Of a DNA stretch of 64,000 nt, positions 57,442-64,000 are shown piece by piece. Positions within the stretch are counted from its first letter, which is position 1, and every line of letters begins with the position of its first letter. The position numbers and the translations under genes were made by a program. Source of the DNA: a virus (lineage: Duplodnaviria; Caudoviricetes); the IMG/VR virus record IMGVR_UViG_3300020420_000671; one strand, given 5' to 3'. The notes under the pieces are model-generated. The model did no database searches. It worked only from the letters and a program-made list of their open reading frames with translations, and had not been told where the DNA came from.

Positions 57442-59227
57442 ACTATTTTTTATATTCCTATTTTTAGGAATGGCATATTCAAACGTGGCTTCAGCAATGA
57501 TGGAGATTACTATCTACCTAACACGTAGTAACACGGATCAAGCATCAGCTACAACCACATATGACTATGTAGACAAGTACACATTGGAAGTTCAAAATAC
57601 CCAAGACTTTATACAAGCAGTCAATGGTGTTACAGGACTAAACATGGTACAAAGCGGACCCACAGGACAAAACGTTAGTTTGTTTATGCGAGGTGGTGAC
57701 AGTAACCACACGTTGGTAACAATGAACGGATTACCTATCAAGGACGCTTCGACTACAAACGGACTACACGACTTTGGTCAAGACTTCATGTCCAGCATCA
57801 GTGCTATTGAAATTATTAAAAATCCAAGTGGTGCTATGGTAGGACCAAATTCAATAGGCGGAGTTGTTAACTTTATCACAGGTGAGTTTTATGAAAACTC
57901 AATAACATTCAAAGCAGGATCAAACAACACAAAAGGTATGGAACTGCGGGTACACAACCAAACCAAGAACGGCACACAGTTGTTCATTACAGCAAGTGGT
58001 ACAGACAGTGATGGTATCAGTGTTAAGGAAGGAACTGAAGACGATGGATATTCTGTACGTAACTTCAGCATAGGTTCCTACACTAGATTGGAAGACGGTT
58101 ATATCAAAACCAATATACTACACAAGGACAATGACAGTGACCTTGACGGAACTTCCGATGACCCAGACTATACTGCCAACAACAAGAACAACGTGTATCA
58201 AATCATTGCCAAGAAGAACAACGAATTGGGACATGCGGATCTAGCAATTGGTTACACAACATACGATAGAACATACACCAATGGTAGTGAGATAGATGAG
58301 TATGACAGTAACAGTACCAACGTGATGTTAAGCCAGACCATTGTAAAGGACAACATAGACTTTGTTCCAGGTATAGAATACGAAAGCCAAGAAGCCAAGT
58401 TCAACAACAGAGGATCATACACAAGTTCGGTTGATGCCAATCATTGGAACACGGCTTATTTCTTAAACTCTAATTGGCGAACATCAGACAAGTCAATGAT
58501 CAGTTCAGGTGTTAGATTGGATCACTTGGAAGACTATGATGATTACTACACATACAAGTTAGGAGCATACTACTACTTGACAGAAGATCTCAAACTGAGA
58601 ACAAACTGGTCAAACTCTGTGCGTACTCCTACACTATATGAAAAGTATGGTGCTGATAACTTTGGTTACTCGGGTAACCCGACACTGGGAGTTGAAAAGG
58701 GTGAAACACTGGATCTAGGATTTACCTATGGTGCTTTTGATGTGGTTTACTATACAACGGATATCAATGATGCTATTACCTATGGCAACTCAACATACTC
58801 AAACGTTTCAGGTACAAGTGAACGCAAAGGAGTTGAAGCAAACTATAATTATGTGTTCAATGAAGAATGGCAACACAACATTGGTGGTCATTGGAACATA
58901 GCAGAAGACTCATCAGGTACACAGTTGTTGCGTAGACCTAAGTGGACATTTAACCAGAGCTTTGTGAAACAGGAACTTACAGGCAAGTTTACAACCACAG
59001 TGACTCACAGCTACACTGGTGAACATGTTGATCTAGATGCCAGTACCTATGCTCGTAAGGACATGCCCGGAGTACATCTGTTTGATCTACATCATTCAAT
59101 AAACTTCAGTGCGGACACATCAATAACTGCTAGTTTAATGAACGTTACTGATGAGAATTACGAAAGACCAGACGGCTATAACCAAAACGGTAGAACTTGG
59201 TTAATCAGCTACAAAAAGAAATTCTAA
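57434..59227 (+). CDS. TonB-dependent outer-membrane receptor, BtuB-like
   Basis: Signal peptide, TonB-box-like EITIY, plug motif QSGPTGQNVSLFMRGGDSNHTLVTMNG, IEIIKNP, RTPTLYEKY, LLRRPK, NVTDENYE, and C-terminal Phe; 597 aa. Confidence 0.88.
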   Translation: MRKLFFIFLFLGMAYSNVASAMMEITIYLTRSNTDQASATTTYDYVDKYTLEVQNTQDFIQAVNGVTGLNMVQSGPTGQNVSLFMRGGDSNHTLVTMNGLPIKDASTTNGLHDFGQDFMSSISAIEIIKNPSGAMVGPNSIGGVVNFITGEFYENSITFKAGSNNTKGMELRVHNQTKNGTQLFITASGTDSDGISVKEGTEDDGYSVRNFSIGSYTRLEDGYIKTNILHKDNDSDLDGTSDDPDYTANNKNNVYQIIAKKNNELGHADLAIGYTTYDRTYTNGSEIDEYDSNSTNVMLSQTIVKDNIDFVPGIEYESQEAKFNNRGSYTSSVDANHWNTAYFLNSNWRTSDKSMISSGVRLDHLEDYDDYYTYKLGAYYYLTEDLKLRTNWSNSVRTPTLYEKYGADNFGYSGNPTLGVEKGETLDLGFTYGAFDVVYYTTDINDAITYGNSTYSNVSGTSERKGVEANYNYVFNEEWQHNIGGHWNIAEDSSGTQLLRRPKWTFNQSFVKQELTGKFTTTVTHSYTGEHVDLDASTYARKDMPGVHLFDLHHSINFSADTSITASLMNVTDENYERPDGYNQNGRTWLISYKKKF

Positions 59228-59251
59228 AAAGATAGGCCGAAAATACACCAT

Positions 59252-59280
59252 GGCGACAGACCCCTGTCGCCTATGGTTTT
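59252..59280 (+). terminator. Hairpin after the TonB-dependent receptor
   Basis: GGCGACAG-ACCC-CTGTCGCC followed by TATGGTTTT. Confidence 0.55.
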
Positions 59281-59388
59281 CCCACCTAAATGGCTCTTAA
59301 ATGCCGGTTTATGCGATTCTGAGTATAGTTGTAGTGTTTGTGATTTGACCGTGCTAAAAAGGCGTTTAAATGCGTATAAACACCAAGT

Positions 59389-59574
59389 TTATGGAGACTG
59401 TTCAGTGCCTTCTGCTATACAGGTAAAGCTCTCGCCCAGCACTCTGTTTTCCCATTCGTATACCACTGCTTCCCAGCAGTTCTGTTGATCGTAGAAATAG
59501 TCTATTGCTTCGCCTTGTACTTCGCCAGCGGCTGTGATCCAAACGGCTACAAGTATGTAACCGAACTCTATCAA
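59389..59574 (-). CDS. Small hypothetical protein
   Basis: ATGA-coupled to the heme oxygenase; hydrophobic N-terminus with two Cys. Confidence 0.5.
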   Translation of the reverse strand: MIEFGYILVAVWITAAGEVQGEAIDYFYDQQNCWEAVVYEWENRVLGESFTCIAEGTEQSP

Positions 59575-60104
59575 CTGTCCAATTCCTCGAACAGTTTCAT
59601 TGCGTATTCAAAACACACGTTGGCTTCTGGTGCCATGCCATCATGTAGCTTGGCTCTCACGTCTTCAATGATCTGCTTGGCATTGTCAAAGTCATACATC
59701 TTGCCTGACCCTGGTGCTCGTTTCTTGATCATCTGACCACCGTGTAGCTCACCAAAGTGCCTCACGTATAGATGTGCCAATATGCCGTCATCGTCCAAGC
59801 CTTCAACGTAGTCCGTGTACTCATGTACCACTGGACACAGTTCTGTCGTGCCTCTGTCAAAGCCATGCTCCTGTTCAAGCTCTGTGAGATCCTCCACCAT
59901 GCCTGGCACACGGCAGATGCCTTCTATGCCTTTCAGCAGTCCTCGTTCACGTGCTTGGTCTTCAAGTGCGCCATACTGTACGCATTGGTTGTATATGAAT
60001 CTGTGATATTCTTCTGGTTCCATGCCCTTGAGTAGCTTACGAGCATGTGTCATGCGTTCAGCCTTCTTGTGGTTTTCCCAGGTAAGTTCTTTAAGTTTGC
60101 TCAT
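59571..60104 (-). CDS. Heme oxygenase (biliverdin-producing, HO1-like)
   Basis: LKELTWENHKKAE (proximal His), AHLYVRHFGELHGGQMI (distal helix), EANVCF. Confidence 0.85.
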   Translation of the reverse strand: MSKLKELTWENHKKAERMTHARKLLKGMEPEEYHRFIYNQCVQYGALEDQARERGLLKGIEGICRVPGMVEDLTELEQEHGFDRGTTELCPVVHEYTDYVEGLDDDGILAHLYVRHFGELHGGQMIKKRAPGSGKMYDFDNAKQIIEDVRAKLHDGMAPEANVCFEYAMKLFEELDS

Positions 60105-60117
60105 GCGTATATTTACA

Positions 60118-60645
60118 CTAGTGAGTGTTCCCCATAATCAAATGTGGTTGGCACATGGTAACGAACACTACGAAAAGAGGATCGTTCTTCTGTTCAGGAT
60201 CTATGCCCTGTTCGTCTATCCATTGATCCTGCAGATCAAAAGCATCAATCTCCAGGGCCTGTTTACATTCAGCTCGTTCATACTCTCCATCATAGTACTG
60301 TACAAAGTGTACCAGTTCATGTACCAGTACCACTTCCGCAAAGTGATCCTCCACCATGTGTTGAGTGACCGTGTCAGATATAACGATGTGGTTACTGTCG
60401 TGGTCGTAGTAACCTGCTATGTTACAGTCCGCATGCGGTTCAGCATCTGGAAATATTTCCGAGCATACTTCTAGTGGTGACTGCCTTGAAACTGTGGGAT
60501 ATGGATCTCCATGATATTCAAAACGACTGTTGTCAACTATCCACTGTACCATGCTGTCCACTGTGTGATTGCTGTGATCAGCGTGGGCTGGAAAACAACC
60601 TGTTAACAGAGTCAGTAGTGTACATAATAAGATCGTTCTCAGCAT
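60118..60645 (-). CDS. Exported HExxH-motif protein (zincin-like)
   Basis: N-terminal signal peptide; VLVHELVHFVQ followed by a downstream LEIDA. Confidence 0.65.
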   Translation of the reverse strand: MLRTILLCTLLTLLTGCFPAHADHSNHTVDSMVQWIVDNSRFEYHGDPYPTVSRQSPLEVCSEIFPDAEPHADCNIAGYYDHDSNHIVISDTVTQHMVEDHFAEVVLVHELVHFVQYYDGEYERAECKQALEIDAFDLQDQWIDEQGIDPEQKNDPLFVVFVTMCQPHLIMGNTH

Positions 60646-60663
60646 GTCAGTATTTACACACGG

Positions 60664-60731
60664 GGCGAAGCCTCCAGCGGTAAAAACGGCCGCGAAGCGG
60701 TTAACGCAGATTTAGAGAAACGCGAAGCGTT
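60664..60731. repeat. Cluster of three GCGAAGC mini-hairpins
   Basis: GGCGAAGCC 60664-60672, CCGCGAAGCGG 60690-60700, AACGCGAAGCGTT 60719-60731. Confidence 0.8.
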
Positions 60732-60820
60732 AGCGGTCAGCGTAGTAACGGTACGAGAGATTTGGCCAGGAAGACATCAGTAGACTTCGTCACTGATAAG
60801 TACAGTAAGGAGGATCTTGT

Positions 60821-61102
60821 ATGACACCAAGCGAACTGGCTAAATTTGAGGATCCAGACTTGAAGTACGAAGACTACAAGCGTATAATAAACGCTAAATC
60901 AGGTCATTGGGTAAAGGCAGAAAAAGAGGCAATGAAACGACTACAGCCTTACTACGACAAAGGCTATATTGGTACCAACAAGGAAGGACACATATGGTTG
61001 ACAGAAAAGGGAGTAAGAATGCTTCAAGCGGTGGGTTGCGATCCAAAGGATCCAAAGCCATTCCTGGAGAACTACGGTCATCTACTGGATCAGATGCGTT
61101 AA
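60821..61102 (+). CDS. Hypothetical protein
   Basis: AAGGAGG RBS and a TAAGTA box at 60797. Confidence 0.7.
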   Translation: MTPSELAKFEDPDLKYEDYKRIINAKSGHWVKAEKEAMKRLQPYYDKGYIGTNKEGHIWLTEKGVRMLQAVGCDPKDPKPFLENYGHLLDQMR

Positions 61103-61128
61103 AGGAAACCTTTAGCGATGAGTACAGC

Positions 61129-61278
61129 ATGTACAAGCTGATGGGATGGTGTTGCTGTCCTGAATGCGACAAGATACTGTACAACTGGGATGATTTCCTT
61201 GTACATGCTCTAAAGTGCGTGTACGGAGAACAGGGAGTTAGAATGAGCAAACAGAAATTTAAATGGAGCATAAAATGA
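61129..61278 (+). CDS. Possible small Cys-rich protein (3' part of the 60907-61278 ORF)
   Basis: MYKLMGWCCCPECDKILY...HALKC. Its TGA overlaps ATG 61275 of the next gene. Confidence 0.4.
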   Translation: MYKLMGWCCCPECDKILYNWDDFLVHALKCVYGEQGVRMSKQKFKWSIK

Positions 61279-61592
61279 CGGCTTTTATCTTAGGATACAC
61301 TATAATGTTTTTCAACGAGGGTTTCGTTATACTGAGACACGTGTCACCTTGGTTTGCGAGTAAACGCAAACAGTTACACGAACGATTCGGAAGAGAAAGA
61401 ATCAAGCGTATACACGGTTTTACAGATTGGAGTTGGATACTGCTGATAGCACTGGGTTACTACATAGACTTTGACAATTGGAAACTGTACTCGTTGCTGT
61501 TAGCACTATACTGGGGAACTGTTGCTATAGGTATATACCTACCAATGCTGATACGTAAACTGCGTAGTCAGCCAACTGGATACGTTGACTAG
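61275..61592 (+). CDS. Small membrane protein
   Basis: Hydrophobic segments. The start could be 61263 or 61275. Confidence 0.65.
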   Translation: MTAFILGYTIMFFNEGFVILRHVSPWFASKRKQLHERFGRERIKRIHGFTDWSWILLIALGYYIDFDNWKLYSLLLALYWGTVAIGIYLPMLIRKLRSQPTGYVD

Positions 61593-61684
61593 TGCTTGTC
61601 AAAGAATCCTAACAGCACAAACATCACAATCAATAACAGTATGATGCCTGCGGTTAGCTGTAGCTGGGGATCGTCGTACAACAT
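61589..61684 (-). CDS. 31-aa single-TM peptide (not in the ORF track)
   Basis: MLYDDPQLQLTAGIILLLIVMFVLLGFFDKH. Its upstream TAACTACAGT-ATG mirrors the TAAATACAGT-ATG of the HNH gene. Confidence 0.45.
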   Translation of the reverse strand: MLYDDPQLQLTAGIILLLIVMFVLLGFFDKH

Positions 61685-61852
61685 ACTGTAGTTATCCGAA
61701 ATGGGTCCTACAGCCAAAAAATCTGCCGTGCAAAAAATTATGGTGAAGTACTTACAGAATCTGGTTGGTGATTTGACACCACCTAGCTCTTAGCTAGTAG
61801 CTCAAGTTGCACAGACTGCTATGCCCCATGCCTCTCGAAAGAAATTTTTCTC

Positions 61853-61890
61853 AAAAAAAATCCCGACGCCTCGTGCCGGGATAATTTTTC
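61853..61890. terminator. Hairpin flanked by A and T runs (possibly bidirectional terminator)
   Basis: AAAAAAAATCCCG...CGGGATAATTTTTC, just downstream of the minus-strand 61908-62237 gene. Confidence 0.6.
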
Positions 61891-61907
61891 TTCGTGCGAA
61901 TTATTTT

Positions 61908-62237
61908 TTATGTAGTGTATTTCTCGCCCGTAAATATGTTAACCATGTCCACGCCCGGACCCATAGCCGCCCTAGCTTCCGCACGTTGCTCAGCAATCTC
62001 CTCTGCTGTTCTGTTACGCTGTGCCTCAGCATACTCAGCAAGTGTTCGCTGTGTGTAACGGTCCCTAGCTATAGCAGTCGCCTCTACCGTAATACTGCTT
62101 ATGTATCCAGCGTCGTGTAGCTCAGCTACTGCGTCACTCATAAGCGGGCGGAACTCTCCGTCGCTCATAATCCAACCAACTGCCCCGTCCACAAAACGCA
62201 CTTCGCCTTCGTTCCACTTGTCTAACATGTATGTCAT
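61908..62237 (-). CDS. Hypothetical early protein
   Basis: GAGAGGG RBS and its own promoter. Confidence 0.8.
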   Translation of the reverse strand: MTYMLDKWNEGEVRFVDGAVGWIMSDGEFRPLMSDAVAELHDAGYISSITVEATAIARDRYTQRTLAEYAEAQRNRTAEEIAEQRAEARAAMGPGVDMVNIFTGEKYTT

Positions 62238-62267
62238 ATAGTACCCTCTCTATCTAATTATAATGCA

Positions 62268-62304
62268 ATTATAAGGTCTGACTGTGTGTTTTGTCAACCC
62301 CTAA
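62268..62304 (-). promoter_or_regulatory. Early promoter copy 1 (TTAGGGGTTGACA)
   Basis: TTAGGGGTTGACA, 18 bp, TATAAT on the minus strand. Confidence 0.8.
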
Positions 62305-62390
62305 TAAAAAGCCCGGGTCATATGGACGAGGGCATGTCCTGACCCGGGCTAGTGTGAAGCAGAACGTGAGGGCTAAGATAGTTCTGCTTC
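62305..62390 (-). terminator. Two tandem hairpins ending in a minus-strand U tract
   Basis: 11-bp stem AGCCCGGGTCA/TGACCCGGGCT (62310-62350) and 10-bp stem GAAGCAGAAC/GTTCTGCTTC (62356-62390). Confidence 0.7.
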
Positions 62391-62405
62391 GTACCGTGTG
62401 CGGAG

Positions 62406-63413
62406 TTAGCCTCGACGCATCACGGTGTTCTCCGCCATAGCTTCCCATCTATCTGGGAACGCCTTGGCCAAGTCTGCTACCTTGAGCACAGTTCTTAGGC
62501 TGAGCTCACGTAATCTCTTCTTGTTAACGTCGACGAAGTCTACTATGTCGTCCACGACACCCTCGCCCAACATGTATTCGTTGAGCATGCCATCACCCGT
62601 GATCTGCTTGATTCTCAGCATCTTCTCTCGCTCAGTATCAATAGTTAGATCTATGTAGTGACATCTGCTCTCAAGAGCTTCAAGGTGATCTCTCAGCTTC
62701 TTGCTCTTAACGTTATCGAACTTGATGTTCGTAATGAATATCGCTGAACCCTTGAACTCGAATGAATCCGGAACACCTTCGTTTCTCAACTTGAATGAGT
62801 CCGTGTTCCAATGTATACGTCTCGACTTCTTTGAGTCCAGTGCGGCCTTCAATATGTTCAGACTAAGGTCATCCAACAGTACTGAGTCACAGTCATCAAA
62901 CACCAACACATTGTCCTTGTCGGCATAGTTGAACAGTTTACAGTAGAGTCCTATAGCTGACATAGCACCCTTCACTACCTCGTACCTAGGAGCCTTCTCA
63001 CCCAGTGTAGCGATCAAGTCATGCTTACCCAGCACCTTCTCTACACCGAACGACTTACCAACTCCTGGAGGGCCACTTACGATCATGGCACGTACTGTAC
63101 CCTTCTTCGCGGCCTTGGTCATGTCCTCCAACATGTTGAATCGCTCACGTAGTCGATCAACGACCTCCTCGTCTGTCTCTTCTCTCTTGGTAACCTTCGT
63201 GGAAGCATCAACCTTTTCGAAGCTGTCCTCGTCCGGTACCATTATCTTGATGTTACGGTCTGGGAAGCCTGCTACAGCGGCTCCGTCCACAGTTACGTAT
63301 GATCCCTTGGTACCCCACTTGAATCCTTCTACTAGTGGAAACACCATGCCAGCAAGATCAACGTCCTTGCCTCTGATCTTGTAACTACCGTTTATGATTT
63401 TTATCTTATCCAT
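62406..63413 (-). CDS. AAA+-type P-loop ATPase (phage early gene)
   Basis: IVSGPPGVGKS Walker A, LVFDDCD Walker B, IFITN sensor, ALESRC arginine finger. Confidence 0.85.
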   Translation of the reverse strand: MDKIKIINGSYKIRGKDVDLAGMVFPLVEGFKWGTKGSYVTVDGAAVAGFPDRNIKIMVPDEDSFEKVDASTKVTKREETDEEVVDRLRERFNMLEDMTKAAKKGTVRAMIVSGPPGVGKSFGVEKVLGKHDLIATLGEKAPRYEVVKGAMSAIGLYCKLFNYADKDNVLVFDDCDSVLLDDLSLNILKAALDSKKSRRIHWNTDSFKLRNEGVPDSFEFKGSAIFITNIKFDNVKSKKLRDHLEALESRCHYIDLTIDTEREKMLRIKQITGDGMLNEYMLGEGVVDDIVDFVDVNKKRLRELSLRTVLKVADLAKAFPDRWEAMAENTVMRRG

Positions 63414-63443
63414 ATTGCCCTCGCTTTGTTAATTAATATATGC

Positions 63444-63479
63444 ATACTAGCATCACTAGCATAACCTGTCAACCCCTAA
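63444..63479 (-). promoter_or_regulatory. Early promoter copy 2 (TTAGGGGTTGACA)
   Basis: TTAGGGGTTGACA, 17 bp, TAGTAT. Confidence 0.8.
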
Positions 63480-63485
63480 GATGGC

Positions 63486-63845
63486 TTACGCCACCTCCGC
63501 CTCTGTTATTCCCCTCCTGGAGAAGTCTTTCGGATTATTAGGGCTAACCCTAATCACCCTGCTGAGGTAATAGTCCCTACAGCTCTGTACGTCACCCGCA
63601 TCGTCAGGCAGTTCCTTTGCCCACTCCGTTACAGTCTGGATGTGACATGGGTATTCCTTAAACCCAATGCCGTTGTCCATAGTCAGGGCGGCTACGAATG
63701 CCATAGCATCCTGCTCCCTGTCCAAGTCCTCGACTAGGTACTCAGACCCAATCTTGAACTTCCAGTAATGATTGCCGGAAGCAAACTTACCGTCTTCTGA
63801 GTGTGCTCCGTAATTTTCTAAAACCTGTGTTGAAACTATAAACAT
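63486..63845 (-). CDS. Hypothetical early protein
   Basis: AGAGGGC RBS and its own promoter; TQVLENYGAH...YWKFK. Confidence 0.8.
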   Translation of the reverse strand: MFIVSTQVLENYGAHSEDGKFASGNHYWKFKIGSEYLVEDLDREQDAMAFVAALTMDNGIGFKEYPCHIQTVTEWAKELPDDAGDVQSCRDYYLSRVIRVSPNNPKDFSRRGITEAEVA

Positions 63846-63876
63846 TTTGCCCTCTTTTTTGTTTAACTATACTTGC

Positions 63877-63912
63877 AGTATAACACCCCCTTGCGGGGGT
63901 GTCAACCCCTAA
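63877..63912 (-). promoter_or_regulatory. Early promoter copy 3 with an inverted repeat in the spacer
   Basis: TTAGGGGTTGACA, 17 bp, TATACT. ACACCCCC-TTGC-GGGGGTGT lies at 63883-63902. Confidence 0.8.
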
Positions 63913-64000
63913 ATTAGTCTGCCCTGCTACCCATGTAGGCCTTAAAGCCATATTTCCTAAGTACCTCGGCATAGGCCTGTGCTCCGACCTCTTTACAGTC

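Noticed and set aside
39176-59227. Host-like genes (petB, kdsAB, def, nth, TonB-dependent receptor) as evidence of a bacterial contig or chimeric assembly
   Set aside because: They are interleaved and often overlap-coupled with T4-type replication genes, and share the phage's promoter style and AT-rich composition. No rRNA, ribosomal-protein or complete host operons are present. Read-level confirmation is still advisable.
60907-61128. N-terminal part of the 123-aa ORF 60907-61278
   Set aside because: It overlaps the RBS-supported 60821-61102 gene out of frame. Only the part from ATG 61129 is plausible.
393-63972. Numerous antisense or shadow ORFs in the track (e.g. 683-961, 5607-6068, 14238-14690, 19992-20477, 60022-60474, 60894-61271, 61821-62120, 63787-63972)
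   Set aside because: They lie opposite or within well-supported genes, and lack RBS or coupling and recognisable motifs.
1-64000. tRNA, rRNA, CRISPR arrays, integrase or transposase
   Set aside because: No cloverleaf-compatible intergenic segments, regularly spaced repeats or recombinase motifs were seen by eye. A tRNAscan-SE or Infernal run would be definitive.
1-64000. Stop-codon reassignment or programmed frameshifts
   Set aside because: Conserved genes are full length in the standard code, and TAA, TAG and TGA all terminate genes at expected positions.

Overview
This window is a 64-kb slice of a large T4-superfamily myovirus genome, probably aquatic and probably infecting an alphaproteobacterium. 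The host guess is inferred from the cytochrome b, zf-CHCC and DUF1289/DUF2061-type genes. The left third (1-19.9 kb) encodes virion morphogenesis: neck gp13/14/15-like, tail sheath and tube, gp4-like nuclease, small and large terminase, and probable protease-processed head proteins. The middle encodes replication and recombination genes (gp32, UvsX/Y/W, clamp-loader subunit, primase, DnaB/gp41 helicase) interleaved with host-like accessory genes. The main accessory items are: (i) a roughly 12.5-kb glycan-building cluster with four KpsS/KpsC-like transferases, GT8/GT9/GT25-like enzymes and methyltransferases, plus separately located kdsA-kdsB, suggesting a phage-encoded Kdo-glycan pathway; (ii) a lone full-length respiratory cytochrome b followed by a zf-CHCC protein; (iii) two differently miniaturised family C (DnaE-like) polymerases of 196 and 542 aa; (iv) an ECF-S-component-like gene plus a BtuB-like TonB-dependent receptor next to a heme oxygenase. 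The right end is a GC-richer early-gene-like region with a thrice-repeated promoter motif, paired hairpins whose loops match the early RBS, and a cluster of GCGAAGC mini-hairpins. I found no tRNA, rRNA or CRISPR array. All family assignments come from motif recognition by eye, not database searches.
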